Of a DNA stretch of 37,921 nt, positions 28,929 through 37,921 are shown one piece after another (the stretch's first letter is position 1; each line of letters starts with the position of its first letter). The position numbers and the translations under genes were made by a program. This DNA comes from a bacterium (GTDB taxonomy: Bacteria > Muiribacteriota > UBA6191): positions 1 to 37,921 of the forward strand of contig JAYZAC010000046.1 in assembly GCA_036339875.1 (NCBI GenBank). The letters are read 5' to 3'. The notes beneath the pieces were generated by a model. The model was not told where the DNA came from and did no database searches. It saw only the letters and a list, made by a program, of their open reading frames with translations.

Positions 28929-28957
28929 TTGCCTCGTTTTAGAATTGAGTGTATAAC
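28929..28957 (+). promoter_or_regulatory. Sigma70-type promoter of the rib operon
   Basis: TTGCCT (28929-28934), 17 nt spacer, TATAAC (28952-28957). ATG28965 follows 7 nt later. Confidence 0.5.
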
Positions 28958-28964
28958 ATGATTC

Positions 28965-30029
28965 ATGATGGCATGTGCTCAAAAAGATTTAGACCTTAAA
29001 TATCTCAGAAGGTGTTTCACCTTAGCTCGTAAAGCAGGTGTCAAGACTTATCCAAATCCTTTAGTTGGCGCAGTGGTTGTTAAAAATGGACGAGTCATCG
29101 GCGAGGGTTATCATCATGCATGTGGCGAAGATCATGCTGAAGTTGATGCTTTAAAAAATTGTATTGAAGACCCATCGGAAGCTACTATTTATGTCAATTT
29201 AGAGCCTTGTAATCATCATGGACGAACTCCTCCATGTACGCATGCAATATTGGAATCAAAAATTAGAAGGGTTGTGTATGCTACTCAGGACGACAACCCT
29301 GTAGCTTCAGGAGGAGGCAAATTTCTATATGAACATGGTGTCGAAGTTCAATCTGGTTTAATGGATTTAGAAGCACGAGAATTCAATCATGTTTTTTTTA
29401 CTTATATTCTTAAAGGGCGTCCACATGTGACGCTAAAAGTAGCACAAACCATAAACTCAAAAGTTGCTCGTAAAGATCTTTCCTCTCGATGGATTACATG
29501 TTCCGATGCTAGAAAAAATGTCCATCGTGAGCGGAGTTTAAATCAAGCCATACTGGTTGGAAAAGGGACTCTTTTGACTGATGATCCACTACTCAATGTG
29601 AGACATGTTAAAGGAATTTCTCCAATTCCAATTATCATCGATTCTATTGGCAATCTACCAGCCAACTTAAATGTGTTTCAGAATCCCAAGACTCTAGTTT
29701 TCAGTTCATCTCAAATGCCTCAGTTGACCACTGAGGTAATTAACTGGGAAGGAGATTTGTCTCGTGTAGACCAATGGGAGTTCATGTTTAACAAATTAAA
29801 AGAAAGAGGAATCATCAGTCTATACGTAGAGGGCGGTAGTACAATTAATAGCTTTCTTTTGAGTAATAATTTGGTTGATTGCTTACACGTATACATCGGG
29901 CCGAAGTTTTTTGCAAATGATGGAATCGATAGTTTCAACCTGAGTCGTGAGTTGCCATTTAAGCTAAAGTCGTCTAAATCTATTGGTGAAAGCGTAAAAC
30001 TGGTGTATATGAGGACACAGGGGGAGTAA
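28965..30029 (+). CDS. ribD: Bifunctional diaminohydroxyphosphoribosylaminopyrimidine deaminase / 5-amino-6-(5-phosphoribosylamino)uracil reductase
   Basis: PNPLVGAV, HAE, LEPCNHHGRTPPC, DDPLLNVR, VEGG. Confidence 0.96.
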   Translation: MMACAQKDLDLKYLRRCFTLARKAGVKTYPNPLVGAVVVKNGRVIGEGYHHACGEDHAEVDALKNCIEDPSEATIYVNLEPCNHHGRTPPCTHAILESKIRRVVYATQDDNPVASGGGKFLYEHGVEVQSGLMDLEAREFNHVFFTYILKGRPHVTLKVAQTINSKVARKDLSSRWITCSDARKNVHRERSLNQAILVGKGTLLTDDPLLNVRHVKGISPIPIIIDSIGNLPANLNVFQNPKTLVFSSSQMPQLTTEVINWEGDLSRVDQWEFMFNKLKERGIISLYVEGGSTINSFLLSNNLVDCLHVYIGPKFFANDGIDSFNLSRELPFKLKSSKSIGESVKLVYMRTQGE

Positions 30030-30694
30030 TGTTCACGGGTTTAATACAAGAAGTCGGTACTGTGGTTGACTGGACAAGTCCCGTACGTCTGAAAATTAGT
30101 TGCTACAAGACACTTGATCAAGTTGAACTAGGTGATAGTATTGCCGTTAATGGTGTTTGTTTGACTGTTGTTGATTTCAACAAAACACAAAATACTTGTG
30201 AGTTCGATGTTAGTCATGAAACTCAATCACGCTGGAATCAGAAAGCAGTGCAATCGGGACGATTAATCAATTTAGAGAAATCTTTACGCGTTGGAGACAA
30301 GATTGGGGGGCATTTTGTTCTTGGGCATGTAGATTGTATTGCCAGGATTCATTTGTTCGAAAAACAAGGTGATTTTTGGCTGTTAAAATTGGATATACCT
30401 AGTCCACAACTTCCCTACATTATCCCTAAGGGAAGTCTAGCTATCGATGGAATTTCCCTGACGATTAATGATTTCTCTGACAATCTGGTCGACTTCATGA
30501 TTGTCCCTCATACCTGGGAGCAAACTAATTTAAAAGAAAGGCAAGTTGACGACTATGTTAATATCGAGGCAGATGTCCTTGGTAAATATGTGTCTCGCCA
30601 GCTACATTTAGATAGTCGAGATTCTGGGACTTCTAATGGAGTCAATATGCAATCATTAATGAATGCAGGCTTCGTCAAGGATGTAGGGAACTAA
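30029..30694 (+). CDS. ribE: Riboflavin synthase (alpha chain)
   Basis: [52 protein letters not shown] coupling to ribD. Confidence 0.95.
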   Translation: MFTGLIQEVGTVVDWTSPVRLKISCYKTLDQVELGDSIAVNGVCLTVVDFNKTQNTCEFDVSHETQSRWNQKAVQSGRLINLEKSLRVGDKIGGHFVLGHVDCIARIHLFEKQGDFWLLKLDIPSPQLPYIIPKGSLAIDGISLTINDFSDNLVDFMIVPHTWEQTNLKERQVDDYVNIEADVLGKYVSRQLHLDSRDSGTSNGVNMQSLMNAGFVKDVGN

Positions 30695-30696
30695 TT

Positions 30697-31908
30697 ATGT
30701 CAGAGTTCAAAGTTAATACTATCGAAGAAGCACTGGAAGATATTCGACAGGGCAAAATGTACATTCTTGTGGACGATCCCGATCGCGAAAATGAAGGCGA
30801 TATATGCATGGCCGCCGAATTTGTGACTCCAGAGGCAATAAATTTCATGGCTAAGGAAGCCCGTGGCTTAATTTGTCTCACGATGACTAATCATCGGGCT
30901 GATGAATTAGGGTTCTCTCCAATGGTGCAGGATAACACTTGTACCTATCAAACGGCATTTACAGTCAGCGTGGACTCCGCTAACGGCATAACAACTGGCA
31001 TTTCTGCTTTTGATCGTTACAAAACCATAAAAGATTCGACTCTGAAGGACTCTCGTCCAGAAGATTTCGTTAGGCCTGGGCATATCTTTCCTCTGAGAGC
31101 TAGAGATGGTGGTGTCATTGAAAGAGCGGGTCAAACTGAAGGATCAGTTGATTTATCAAGACTTGCAGGATTGCAACCCTCAGGAATAATTTGCGAGATT
31201 ATGAATGAAGATGGCAGCATGGCGAGGATGCCTGAATTGGTTGACTTTGCCGAAAAACATGATCTTAAAATAGTGACAATTCGTGATCTCATTGAGTATC
31301 GTATGCAGAAAGAATCCTTGGTGTCAGAGGTTGCGCAATCTGAATTACCAACAGATTACGGTATGTTTTCAATTCGAGTATTTTCTTCAGCGGTTGACAA
31401 TAAGGACTATGTGGCTGTCGTCAAAGGTGATCCGTCAGGAACTGAACCTTGTCTTGTGCGCGTTCATAGCGAATGTTTAACTGGAGATATTTTTGGCTCT
31501 CTACGTTGTGATTGCGGTGATCAACTCAAGACCGCTTTGCAGATGATAGAAAGAGAAGGTTGCGGAGTTGTTTTATATCTTAAGCAAGAGGGTCGCGGTA
31601 TTGGACTAAAGCATAAGATTCAAGCATATAAGTTGCAGGAGAAGGGTTACGATACCGTTGAAGCTAATCATAAATTAGGGTTTCCTTCCGACTTACGACA
31701 TTACGGAGTAGGTGCACAAGTGCTTAGGGCATTAGGTATTACTAAAATGAAGCTCATTACTAATAATCCCCGCAAAATAATAGGAATTAAAGGGTATGGT
31801 TTAGAGGTAGTTGAGAGAGTCCCTATCGAAATAGCTCCCAAAAAATGCAATGTAAGTTACCTGAGAACTAAAAAAGAGAAAATGGGACATATCTTGAGGC
31901 AAATATGA
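30697..31908 (+). CDS. ribBA: Bifunctional 3,4-dihydroxy-2-butanone 4-phosphate synthase / GTP cyclohydrolase II
   Basis: [55 protein letters not shown]. Confidence 0.97.
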   Translation: MSEFKVNTIEEALEDIRQGKMYILVDDPDRENEGDICMAAEFVTPEAINFMAKEARGLICLTMTNHRADELGFSPMVQDNTCTYQTAFTVSVDSANGITTGISAFDRYKTIKDSTLKDSRPEDFVRPGHIFPLRARDGGVIERAGQTEGSVDLSRLAGLQPSGIICEIMNEDGSMARMPELVDFAEKHDLKIVTIRDLIEYRMQKESLVSEVAQSELPTDYGMFSIRVFSSAVDNKDYVAVVKGDPSGTEPCLVRVHSECLTGDIFGSLRCDCGDQLKTALQMIEREGCGVVLYLKQEGRGIGLKHKIQAYKLQEKGYDTVEANHKLGFPSDLRHYGVGAQVLRALGITKMKLITNNPRKIIGIKGYGLEVVERVPIEIAPKKCNVSYLRTKKEKMGHILRQI

Positions 31909-31922
31909 TTTAAGGAGCTGAA

Positions 31923-32390
31923 ATGGCAGTAATCGAAGGACATTTAGACGGAAAAGGACTCAAAATCGCGATCATTCAAGCTCGCTTCAATAGCTTTATT
32001 GCTTCGGCACTTTTAGAGGGAGCCAAAGAGGGTCTTCGTCGACACGGTGTCGAAGAACAAAGTATAGATATCATCAAAGTTCCAGGGGCGTATGAGATAC
32101 CGTATATATTGCAAAAGGTCGCTAGAAGTGGCAAGTATGACGGAGCAGTGTGTCTAGGTGCTGTCATTCGCGGAGCTACACCTCATTTTGATTTTGTAGC
32201 AGGTGAAAATGCTAGTGGAATTCAGGATGTAATGCTGACTGAGGATTTTCCGGCTGCGTACGGTGTTATAACTCCCAACAATCTAGAGCAGGCGATTGAG
32301 AGAGCAGGAGTGAAATCTGGCAACAAAGGTTATGAAGCGGCGGAAGCAGCGATTGAGATGATAAATCTGAGTAAAGAATTTTCTATCTAA
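31923..32390 (+). CDS. ribH: 6,7-dimethyl-8-ribityllumazine synthase
   Basis: ARFN, VPGAYEIP, LGAVIRGATPHFDFV, EQAIERAG..GNKG. AAGGAG RBS. Confidence 0.97.
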   Translation: MAVIEGHLDGKGLKIAIIQARFNSFIASALLEGAKEGLRRHGVEEQSIDIIKVPGAYEIPYILQKVARSGKYDGAVCLGAVIRGATPHFDFVAGENASGIQDVMLTEDFPAAYGVITPNNLEQAIERAGVKSGNKGYEAAEAAIEMINLSKEFSI

Positions 32391-32411
32391 GATCTGTAAT
32401 TCATATTGAGT

Positions 32412-33689
32412 TTACCTAAATTCTACGATAAGACTGGCATTGTTGCCGCCCAAGCCCATAGCGTTTAATAGCATAAAATTAACTCTTTCTTGAATACCTC
32501 CATGAGGTATGTGGTTTACATCACAATGGGGATCTGGACTTTCCAAATGCAATGTGTGGCTGAAAAACTTCCGTTCTTGTTGTAGCAGTCCGGCAATTAC
32601 ATTATAAACACCCGCAGAAGCCATTGTGTGACCGGTAAAACTTTTGATGGATTGAACCCAAGGATTCCCGATCTGAGAGTCTATGATTGCGGTACATTCG
32701 CTTGCGTCTATATTTCTTGAGCCTACGGCATTTGCGATTATAAGGTCAATTTGTGGCTTTGAAGCCATCTGCCAACATTTTTTTATTGCTCTGGTAAGGC
32801 CATTACCAGAAAGGGGGTGGTTTATTAAGCGATGACAATGATTACTACCCGCATATGATCTTATTAGACCATAAGCTTTCTTACGACGTCTCTCGAGATT
32901 TAGATCGCTTTCAAGAATCAATATTCCACTACCCTCACCTAAAACGATACCTTGACGTCTTTGATCAAATGGACGACAAGCATCTGCAACTTTGTTTTCA
33001 CGCGAGTGTAAATTATATTTTTCTAGATTTAACGCTGTCCATAGAGAATACTCTTGCACTCCACCAGTAATAGCGAGGTCAATTTCTCCACACTGAATAG
33101 CCTTAAATGCCTCTCCAATAGCTTGCATTGATGAAACATCTGCATTTTGAATTGTAACATTTGGTCCGATTGGACTATTGCCGATCAATTGTCTTACAAG
33201 TTTGGCCGTACAAATTGGACTAATACCTTCATTAAAAACAGTGTGATCATTTTGTATTTTTGAGTTCAGTTCTTTTAGTAGAGATTCGTACAGTTTTTTA
33301 TAATTTCTCTCACCATAATTCGACATATTATTAGCCGAAACACCTAAAAAAATTCCGATTTTGCGAGGTATTCCGCTAATGTTAGCAGAGAATCGAGAGC
33401 TTACCTCCTGAAGATTTTCAGTGGATTTAATTTTCCAAGGTTCGCCATTCCATAGACCAGCAGATTCCAGAGATTCATAAAGGGCCATTTGAATCATATG
33501 GAAGACTTTTCCTAAAGGATGGATCGTCTCATCTAAAATACTAGCAGTTCTTATTGGTGTATTAAGCTCGGGTGGATTCGTTTTGATGGATGAAATCCCA
33601 GTTTGAAGCCTATCTAAAAAATTGGTGCAGGATACACCACTACTACCGTGAATTCCTCTACCTGATATATGAACAAAACTTGTTTCCAA
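32412..33689 (-). CDS. Beta-ketoacyl-ACP synthase-like (FabF/CLF-like) protein with substituted catalytic residues
   Basis: CRPFDQRRQGIVLGEGSGILILE, KSFTGHTMASAG and NAMGLGGNNASL are FabF-like. NADVSS replaces TACASS and IANAVG replaces NAHGTG. Confidence 0.85.
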   Translation of the reverse strand: METSFVHISGRGIHGSSGVSCTNFLDRLQTGISSIKTNPPELNTPIRTASILDETIHPLGKVFHMIQMALYESLESAGLWNGEPWKIKSTENLQEVSSRFSANISGIPRKIGIFLGVSANNMSNYGERNYKKLYESLLKELNSKIQNDHTVFNEGISPICTAKLVRQLIGNSPIGPNVTIQNADVSSMQAIGEAFKAIQCGEIDLAITGGVQEYSLWTALNLEKYNLHSRENKVADACRPFDQRRQGIVLGEGSGILILESDLNLERRRKKAYGLIRSYAGSNHCHRLINHPLSGNGLTRAIKKCWQMASKPQIDLIIANAVGSRNIDASECTAIIDSQIGNPWVQSIKSFTGHTMASAGVYNVIAGLLQQERKFFSHTLHLESPDPHCDVNHIPHGGIQERVNFMLLNAMGLGGNNASLIVEFR

Positions 33690-33714
33690 TGGTAATTTTA
33701 ACCCTGATAAATAT

Positions 33715-35457
33715 TTATAGAAATCGATTTAATGATTGTATCTCATATGCTTCCGTAAGATTAATTAAATCTTGATCTGTAGGATTTGAAAGCCATTTGA
33801 ATAATTTATGAGGCGAATCATGCTCAAACATTTTAATGCCAAATCGTATGAATATTTCTAGTGCTGAGAAGCTTTGCCCTGCAATGTTTAAGTCAATTCC
33901 AGCCCATACATCCTCGATTCTGAGAATTAATTTTCGACTATCTTGTTTCTTTAATTTGAGTTGTAAATCTTGCCAATTTAATGCTGTTTTTAGAAATTCA
34001 TTTTCGAAATTATGACGATTCCATCCGTGTTTTTGAAATAGACATGCGAAAAAAGTGATTTTGAGTCTTTCTGATTGCTTGCTAATATTTTTATCGAGAA
34101 ATTTTTCCCAATCAGTTTGGGTTGTCATTAATAGAGAGATTCTTTCTCCGATAGATCCTAGTTGGGGAAAACGGATCAAAAATTTTAATGGTGAACTCCA
34201 TTTATGCTTTAGATTACTTAGCTCCTCTTGGAACTGTTTGTTAGGTTCTTTTTGGAGTATCTCATGTGTTCTTGAACTATTTTTAGAGTCTTCAACCATG
34301 TTAATCGCGAGTTTTTCAAATCTCATGTTGTAGTTTGGTTTTTGGGATTCATATTGATTTTTCACTGGTTGCATTTGTGATAACTCATGTTTAGAAATTG
34401 AATCAAACTTAGAATCATATAAAAACTCTTCAGTAAATATTTCTAAAAACTCTTCAATTAAGCCTTTGAATTGTTGTTCCAGATAATTTTGACATCGCTG
34501 AGTAAGGCTTACTAAATGAGTTAGACTTTGATTTTTAGAATTTGTGGTAGTCCAATTTGGTATCAACTGATCAATTTTTTTGGAAATGAAGTCTACAAGC
34601 TGTTCGTGAATGATTTGAATTAACTTTTCATACTCATTTTTATTCTCAGGCGTCTTTAGATTTGTATATTTGATCCATTGTTTAAGATCAATGGTATTGA
34701 ATTTATCACTAATAAAATTTTCAATAATCCAACGCCAATCATCCCCTGTTTCATGTATGCGATGTAGAGCTTTAGTAGTATGATTGAGACATTTGTTCGC
34801 GAGCTCAATTCTTAGATTGTAGAGCAAATTTTCATCCTTAAGAAAATTAGATAGTGTAGTATTCAAATAACCGATTTCGCTGAGTTTGTCTGACATATTA
34901 TTTAAGGCACCTTCAAGAATTAAAATACCAAGTTCATCCTTAAGCCAAAAGAATTCAAGAATTTCTAATTCTTTGCTATTAGGTTCGATATTATCGGTTT
35001 TAAGATAATTATTTCCACGAGTTAGAGAGTTGACCAATTGTCCCCAAGTTTGAAAAGTAGGTTGATAAGATTGTTCTTTAGGAAAAAATTTTTCTTTCCA
35101 ATTCGAGTAGATGAAATCTTGATGATCTAATGGATGACGCAATTGTTGCTCTAAATAAGTGAGTAAATGGGCTACTTTAAGCCTGGATAATAGTGAAACA
35201 TCTTGATATGAATCATCATTAGTAGAAGCTAGGGTATCTCCAAAGAAGGTATTTAATTCTTTTCTACCAAGATTTGATTTACTCAGTTTCTGTAGTCTTG
35301 TGAAAAACTCGATCCAATCTAGCGAGTCTAGTCCTATGTCTTTAATAATCAAGTGTTCAACTTTTATCTTTCCATCATACCCAGTTAATTCGAAAAGTAG
35401 CTTCCGAATTATGCCCAAATTATGCTCTCGATTTGTCCAATTACTGTTAATCTTCAT
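33715..35457 (-). CDS. Protein with an N-terminal acyl carrier protein domain fused to a roughly 470-aa unknown, apparently helical region
   Basis: IIRKLLFELTG...IKDIGLDSLDWIEF (phosphopantetheine Ser45)...LKVAHLLTYL. Lies between two KS-like genes and overlaps the upstream stop. Confidence 0.65.
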   Translation of the reverse strand: MKINSNWTNREHNLGIIRKLLFELTGYDGKIKVEHLIIKDIGLDSLDWIEFFTRLQKLSKSNLGRKELNTFFGDTLASTNDDSYQDVSLLSRLKVAHLLTYLEQQLRHPLDHQDFIYSNWKEKFFPKEQSYQPTFQTWGQLVNSLTRGNNYLKTDNIEPNSKELEILEFFWLKDELGILILEGALNNMSDKLSEIGYLNTTLSNFLKDENLLYNLRIELANKCLNHTTKALHRIHETGDDWRWIIENFISDKFNTIDLKQWIKYTNLKTPENKNEYEKLIQIIHEQLVDFISKKIDQLIPNWTTTNSKNQSLTHLVSLTQRCQNYLEQQFKGLIEEFLEIFTEEFLYDSKFDSISKHELSQMQPVKNQYESQKPNYNMRFEKLAINMVEDSKNSSRTHEILQKEPNKQFQEELSNLKHKWSSPLKFLIRFPQLGSIGERISLLMTTQTDWEKFLDKNISKQSERLKITFFACLFQKHGWNRHNFENEFLKTALNWQDLQLKLKKQDSRKLILRIEDVWAGIDLNIAGQSFSALEIFIRFGIKMFEHDSPHKLFKWLSNPTDQDLINLTEAYEIQSLNRFL

Positions 35458-36628
35458 TTTTAAGCTTCTCTACTAAACCCATATGAAGTTCACCCTCTGA
35501 ACTAGAACAAATTATGAGGCAACACCGCCCATTAAAATTAGTTTTTTCATAATCGTGAACGGCTTGTGTAGTCTGTCGAAAATTGGGACGAATTTTTCGG
35601 GGTATCTTTTTGGTCTTATAAATAGCTTGAAGAAGCTCTAAGCTTTGTATGAAGCGACAGTTTAAACTGTTTCCTAGGCGTTCATAAAAATCTACTATTT
35701 TCACATCAGGTCGAAAAAACTTAAGTACAGTTAGATGCTCTATCAGCCAACTATTAGAGGGGTCATTTATTAAAACTAGATCAATATCTGTTATTGCTTT
35801 GTTAGCGGACTTAGTTAGCTCCTCGATGTATTCAAAAACTTGATCGCTAAGATTATTTTTAATATTTAATCGATAAGAATTTAAAGCTAGCAATATGCAA
35901 TCATCAGATTTTACGTTTCGTAGTTTTTTTAAACGGGTTACACCCACCCATTCATTGAGAGGTATTTGATTCATCTTGAAAGAGTCTGCAGCTGATTGAA
36001 TAATTGCGGTTAATTCATGAAAAATAATTGAAGGCGTATAACAGAAAGATCCGACGAATAACATCTCATCGTTTGAACCATTTAAGATAGTACGCATAGC
36101 AGATTCAATAGCACTAAACGAGCTATCATTACCACAGAAATTAATTAGGTTTCCTTGGAATCCAAAATGAATTGCTAAATTGGATATTAATTGATTTGGT
36201 AACTGTCGCGAAAAATTGTAAGGCTGAATTCTTGATTGTGCTGATGCTAATTTTGAATAGCTAGGTAATTCTGACTCATATTTTACTGTCATATTATCTG
36301 GTACATAAGTCGGAAATGATGCACATACTAGATTTAATTGGCTTTTTGTACAGCTTTCTAAGATAAGAGTTACGAGATGAATTGCAATTAATGTATCGCG
36401 AGGTAGATTTTGTCTTTCTAAATTATCTAATAAATTCTCCACTAATTTCTTGTCTTTAATTGTTCCATCTAAAGAGTTTTCAAGAATTTGGTCCTCAAGG
36501 GTTTTGGAAGAATATTGCCATGGAAGCTCTTCCGGATTGTTTGCAAAGAGTTGCTTAATCAACAATGAATCAGTGTCTCTACTTAGTCCCCAAGGGCCTA
36601 AAGATTGAATATTCTCAATAGCAATCAT
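35447..36628 (-). CDS. Highly divergent ketosynthase/chain-length-factor-like protein
   Basis: IQPYNFSRQLPNQLISNLAIHFGFQG...SSFSAIESAMRTILNG, DIDLV, FYERLGNS and SSEG follow the KS scaffold. No canonical TAC, HGTG or GH motifs. Confidence 0.65.
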   Translation of the reverse strand: MIAIENIQSLGPWGLSRDTDSLLIKQLFANNPEELPWQYSSKTLEDQILENSLDGTIKDKKLVENLLDNLERQNLPRDTLIAIHLVTLILESCTKSQLNLVCASFPTYVPDNMTVKYESELPSYSKLASAQSRIQPYNFSRQLPNQLISNLAIHFGFQGNLINFCGNDSSFSAIESAMRTILNGSNDEMLFVGSFCYTPSIIFHELTAIIQSAADSFKMNQIPLNEWVGVTRLKKLRNVKSDDCILLALNSYRLNIKNNLSDQVFEYIEELTKSANKAITDIDLVLINDPSNSWLIEHLTVLKFFRPDVKIVDFYERLGNSLNCRFIQSLELLQAIYKTKKIPRKIRPNFRQTTQAVHDYEKTNFNGRCCLIICSSSEGELHMGLVEKLKNED

Positions 36629-36717
36629 TAAATATCCACTAGTAACAATAGTTAAATATTAATATCCTAGAGTAAAGTAGGTTGTAGTGCATCTAATTTG
36701 TCGATCTAAATGTCAAA

Positions 36718-37839
36718 ATGAATCCTAATCTTATCTCCATAATTTTTGTTCTATCATTAATGATAAATCGATGGGTTTTACCTCCAAGATACCAAGGATT
36801 CGTTTATTCAATTTACGGATTCGCATTTATAGCTTATTACAGTTTCTCATCCGCATTACTCTGGTTAATTTTTAGCGTCACTTTGATCTTATCTTGTTCC
36901 ACAGAAAAACGATTAATTAGGATCACTTTTTTAATATCTACTTTTTTGTTGATTTTTTGGTTGATTGCAAGTAATTCAATCGTTATAAGTTTTCCATATG
37001 AATTCCTGATATTCTTTGTCAGTAATTTGGCACGTGGCTGGGCAATGTTTAAACATTGTATTTCTTTCAAAGGTGATAAAGTTTCACTTAGTGAAATGAT
37101 AAGTTTTCTATGGTTTCCTCCACTGCTATGCGGAGGACCGCTAGAAGTCTTCAAGGAGTTCCGAAAGTACCATTTATCTCCTCAATCTATAGCTCCTATG
37201 ATTGTGACGGGTTACTTTCTATCTTCAATTATTACAGGTATCCTTCGTGATTTTGTAAGAAGTATCTGGAGTCCTTCAGTATTTATTTATAATGAAGCAA
37301 GTTTAGTACAACTTCTTATTTACTTTGTTATGGTTAGCATTCTTTTGTTTTTACATTTTATTTCTTGGATACATTTCGTAAGAGCATTTTGTCATTTACT
37401 TGGTTATCCCTTCAATAATCGGAATTGTGGTAATTTTCTACTAGGTGGTGGTTTGGTTGAATTCTGGTCTAGGTGGAACCTTAGCGTTACTAATTTCGCT
37501 AGAGATCATTTAATCTATCCATTAAATCGAATTCCTAGTAATTTCGAGACTTCTTTAAGAATACTATTTTGGTTTTCCATTGTCGGTTTTTTGTTTAATT
37601 TTAGTATTTATACTTTTATTTGGGGAGTTTTGCAGGGTACTGCTATTATTCTGCAAATTATCTATCGTAAATTTTGCGTAATAAATCTAAAATTCGGCGC
37701 TATAAATAGAAGAATACCCAAGATATATAAAGTCATAAGTGTACTTACTTGGATTTTTATTACGACTCCACTTTTGAGTCCTGAAGCTCCTATTCTCTAC
37801 CAAAATATTTACGAGGGAATCCTTCATTATTTTAATTAA
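36718..37839 (+). CDS. MBOAT family (AlgI/DltB-like) membrane protein lacking the conserved histidines
   Basis: WFPPLLCGGP, LLGY, EFWSRWNLSVTNFARDHLIYPL and FIWG are MBOAT-like. GFLFN replaces GLWHG. Confidence 0.8.
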   Translation: MNPNLISIIFVLSLMINRWVLPPRYQGFVYSIYGFAFIAYYSFSSALLWLIFSVTLILSCSTEKRLIRITFLISTFLLIFWLIASNSIVISFPYEFLIFFVSNLARGWAMFKHCISFKGDKVSLSEMISFLWFPPLLCGGPLEVFKEFRKYHLSPQSIAPMIVTGYFLSSIITGILRDFVRSIWSPSVFIYNEASLVQLLIYFVMVSILLFLHFISWIHFVRAFCHLLGYPFNNRNCGNFLLGGGLVEFWSRWNLSVTNFARDHLIYPLNRIPSNFETSLRILFWFSIVGFLFNFSIYTFIWGVLQGTAIILQIIYRKFCVINLKFGAINRRIPKIYKVISVLTWIFITTPLLSPEAPILYQNIYEGILHYFN

Positions 37840-37921
37840 TTAGTGATTTTTTTTAACGACTAAATATTTCAACTAGTTATTTCAAGAAGCTCCTATCATA
37901 ATCGCGTTTGACGTTTTCTTG

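Noticed and set aside
32412..37839. Calling the KS/ACP/MBOAT genes pseudogenes or a standard fabF/type II PKS locus
   Set aside because: The ORFs are full-length without stops or frameshifts, yet catalytic motifs and the usual KR/DH/AT partners are absent, so neither label fits.
1..37921. CRISPR array, rRNA, tRNA, transposase or integrase
   Set aside because: Intergenic gaps are all under about 160 nt, with no spaced repeats or cloverleaf-like sequence, and no ORF has cas, transposase or recombinase motifs that I recognise.

Overview
AT-rich bacterial chromosomal segment, probably from a diderm, little-studied lineage (gmhB, DUF3084, rqcH and a CFI-box-CTERM protein occur together; the taxon cannot be fixed from sequence alone). 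It is densely coding, with about 27 genes. Left to right: the 3' end of a large surface protein with its terminator; an ABC permease/ATPase/gmhB operon; a TlpA-like thioredoxin and a Cys-less paralog; a secreted M36/M4 protease; a truncated hemoglobin; rlmH; a DUF2167-like and a DUF3084 membrane protein; an SF2 helicase; a TPR-rqcH-pssA-small ORF-comEC run; a GAF class III adenylate cyclase with a structured leader; a roughly 2,940-aa FG-GAP/PKD/CFI-box adhesin; a riboflavin operon (ribD-ribE-ribBA-ribH); and an AT-richer cluster of two ketosynthase-like proteins, an ACP-fusion protein and an MBOAT. The strongest candidate for an undescribed system is this last cluster (32.4-37.8 kb): both ketosynthases and the MBOAT appear to lack their canonical catalytic residues while the ACP phosphopantetheine serine is intact. 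Next are the giant adhesin, whose seven FG-GAP blades are split 2+5 by a roughly 930-aa repeat insertion, and an attenuator-like leader before the cyclase. I saw no CRISPR array, rRNA, tRNA or transposase. All family calls come from motif recognition by eye, not database searches.
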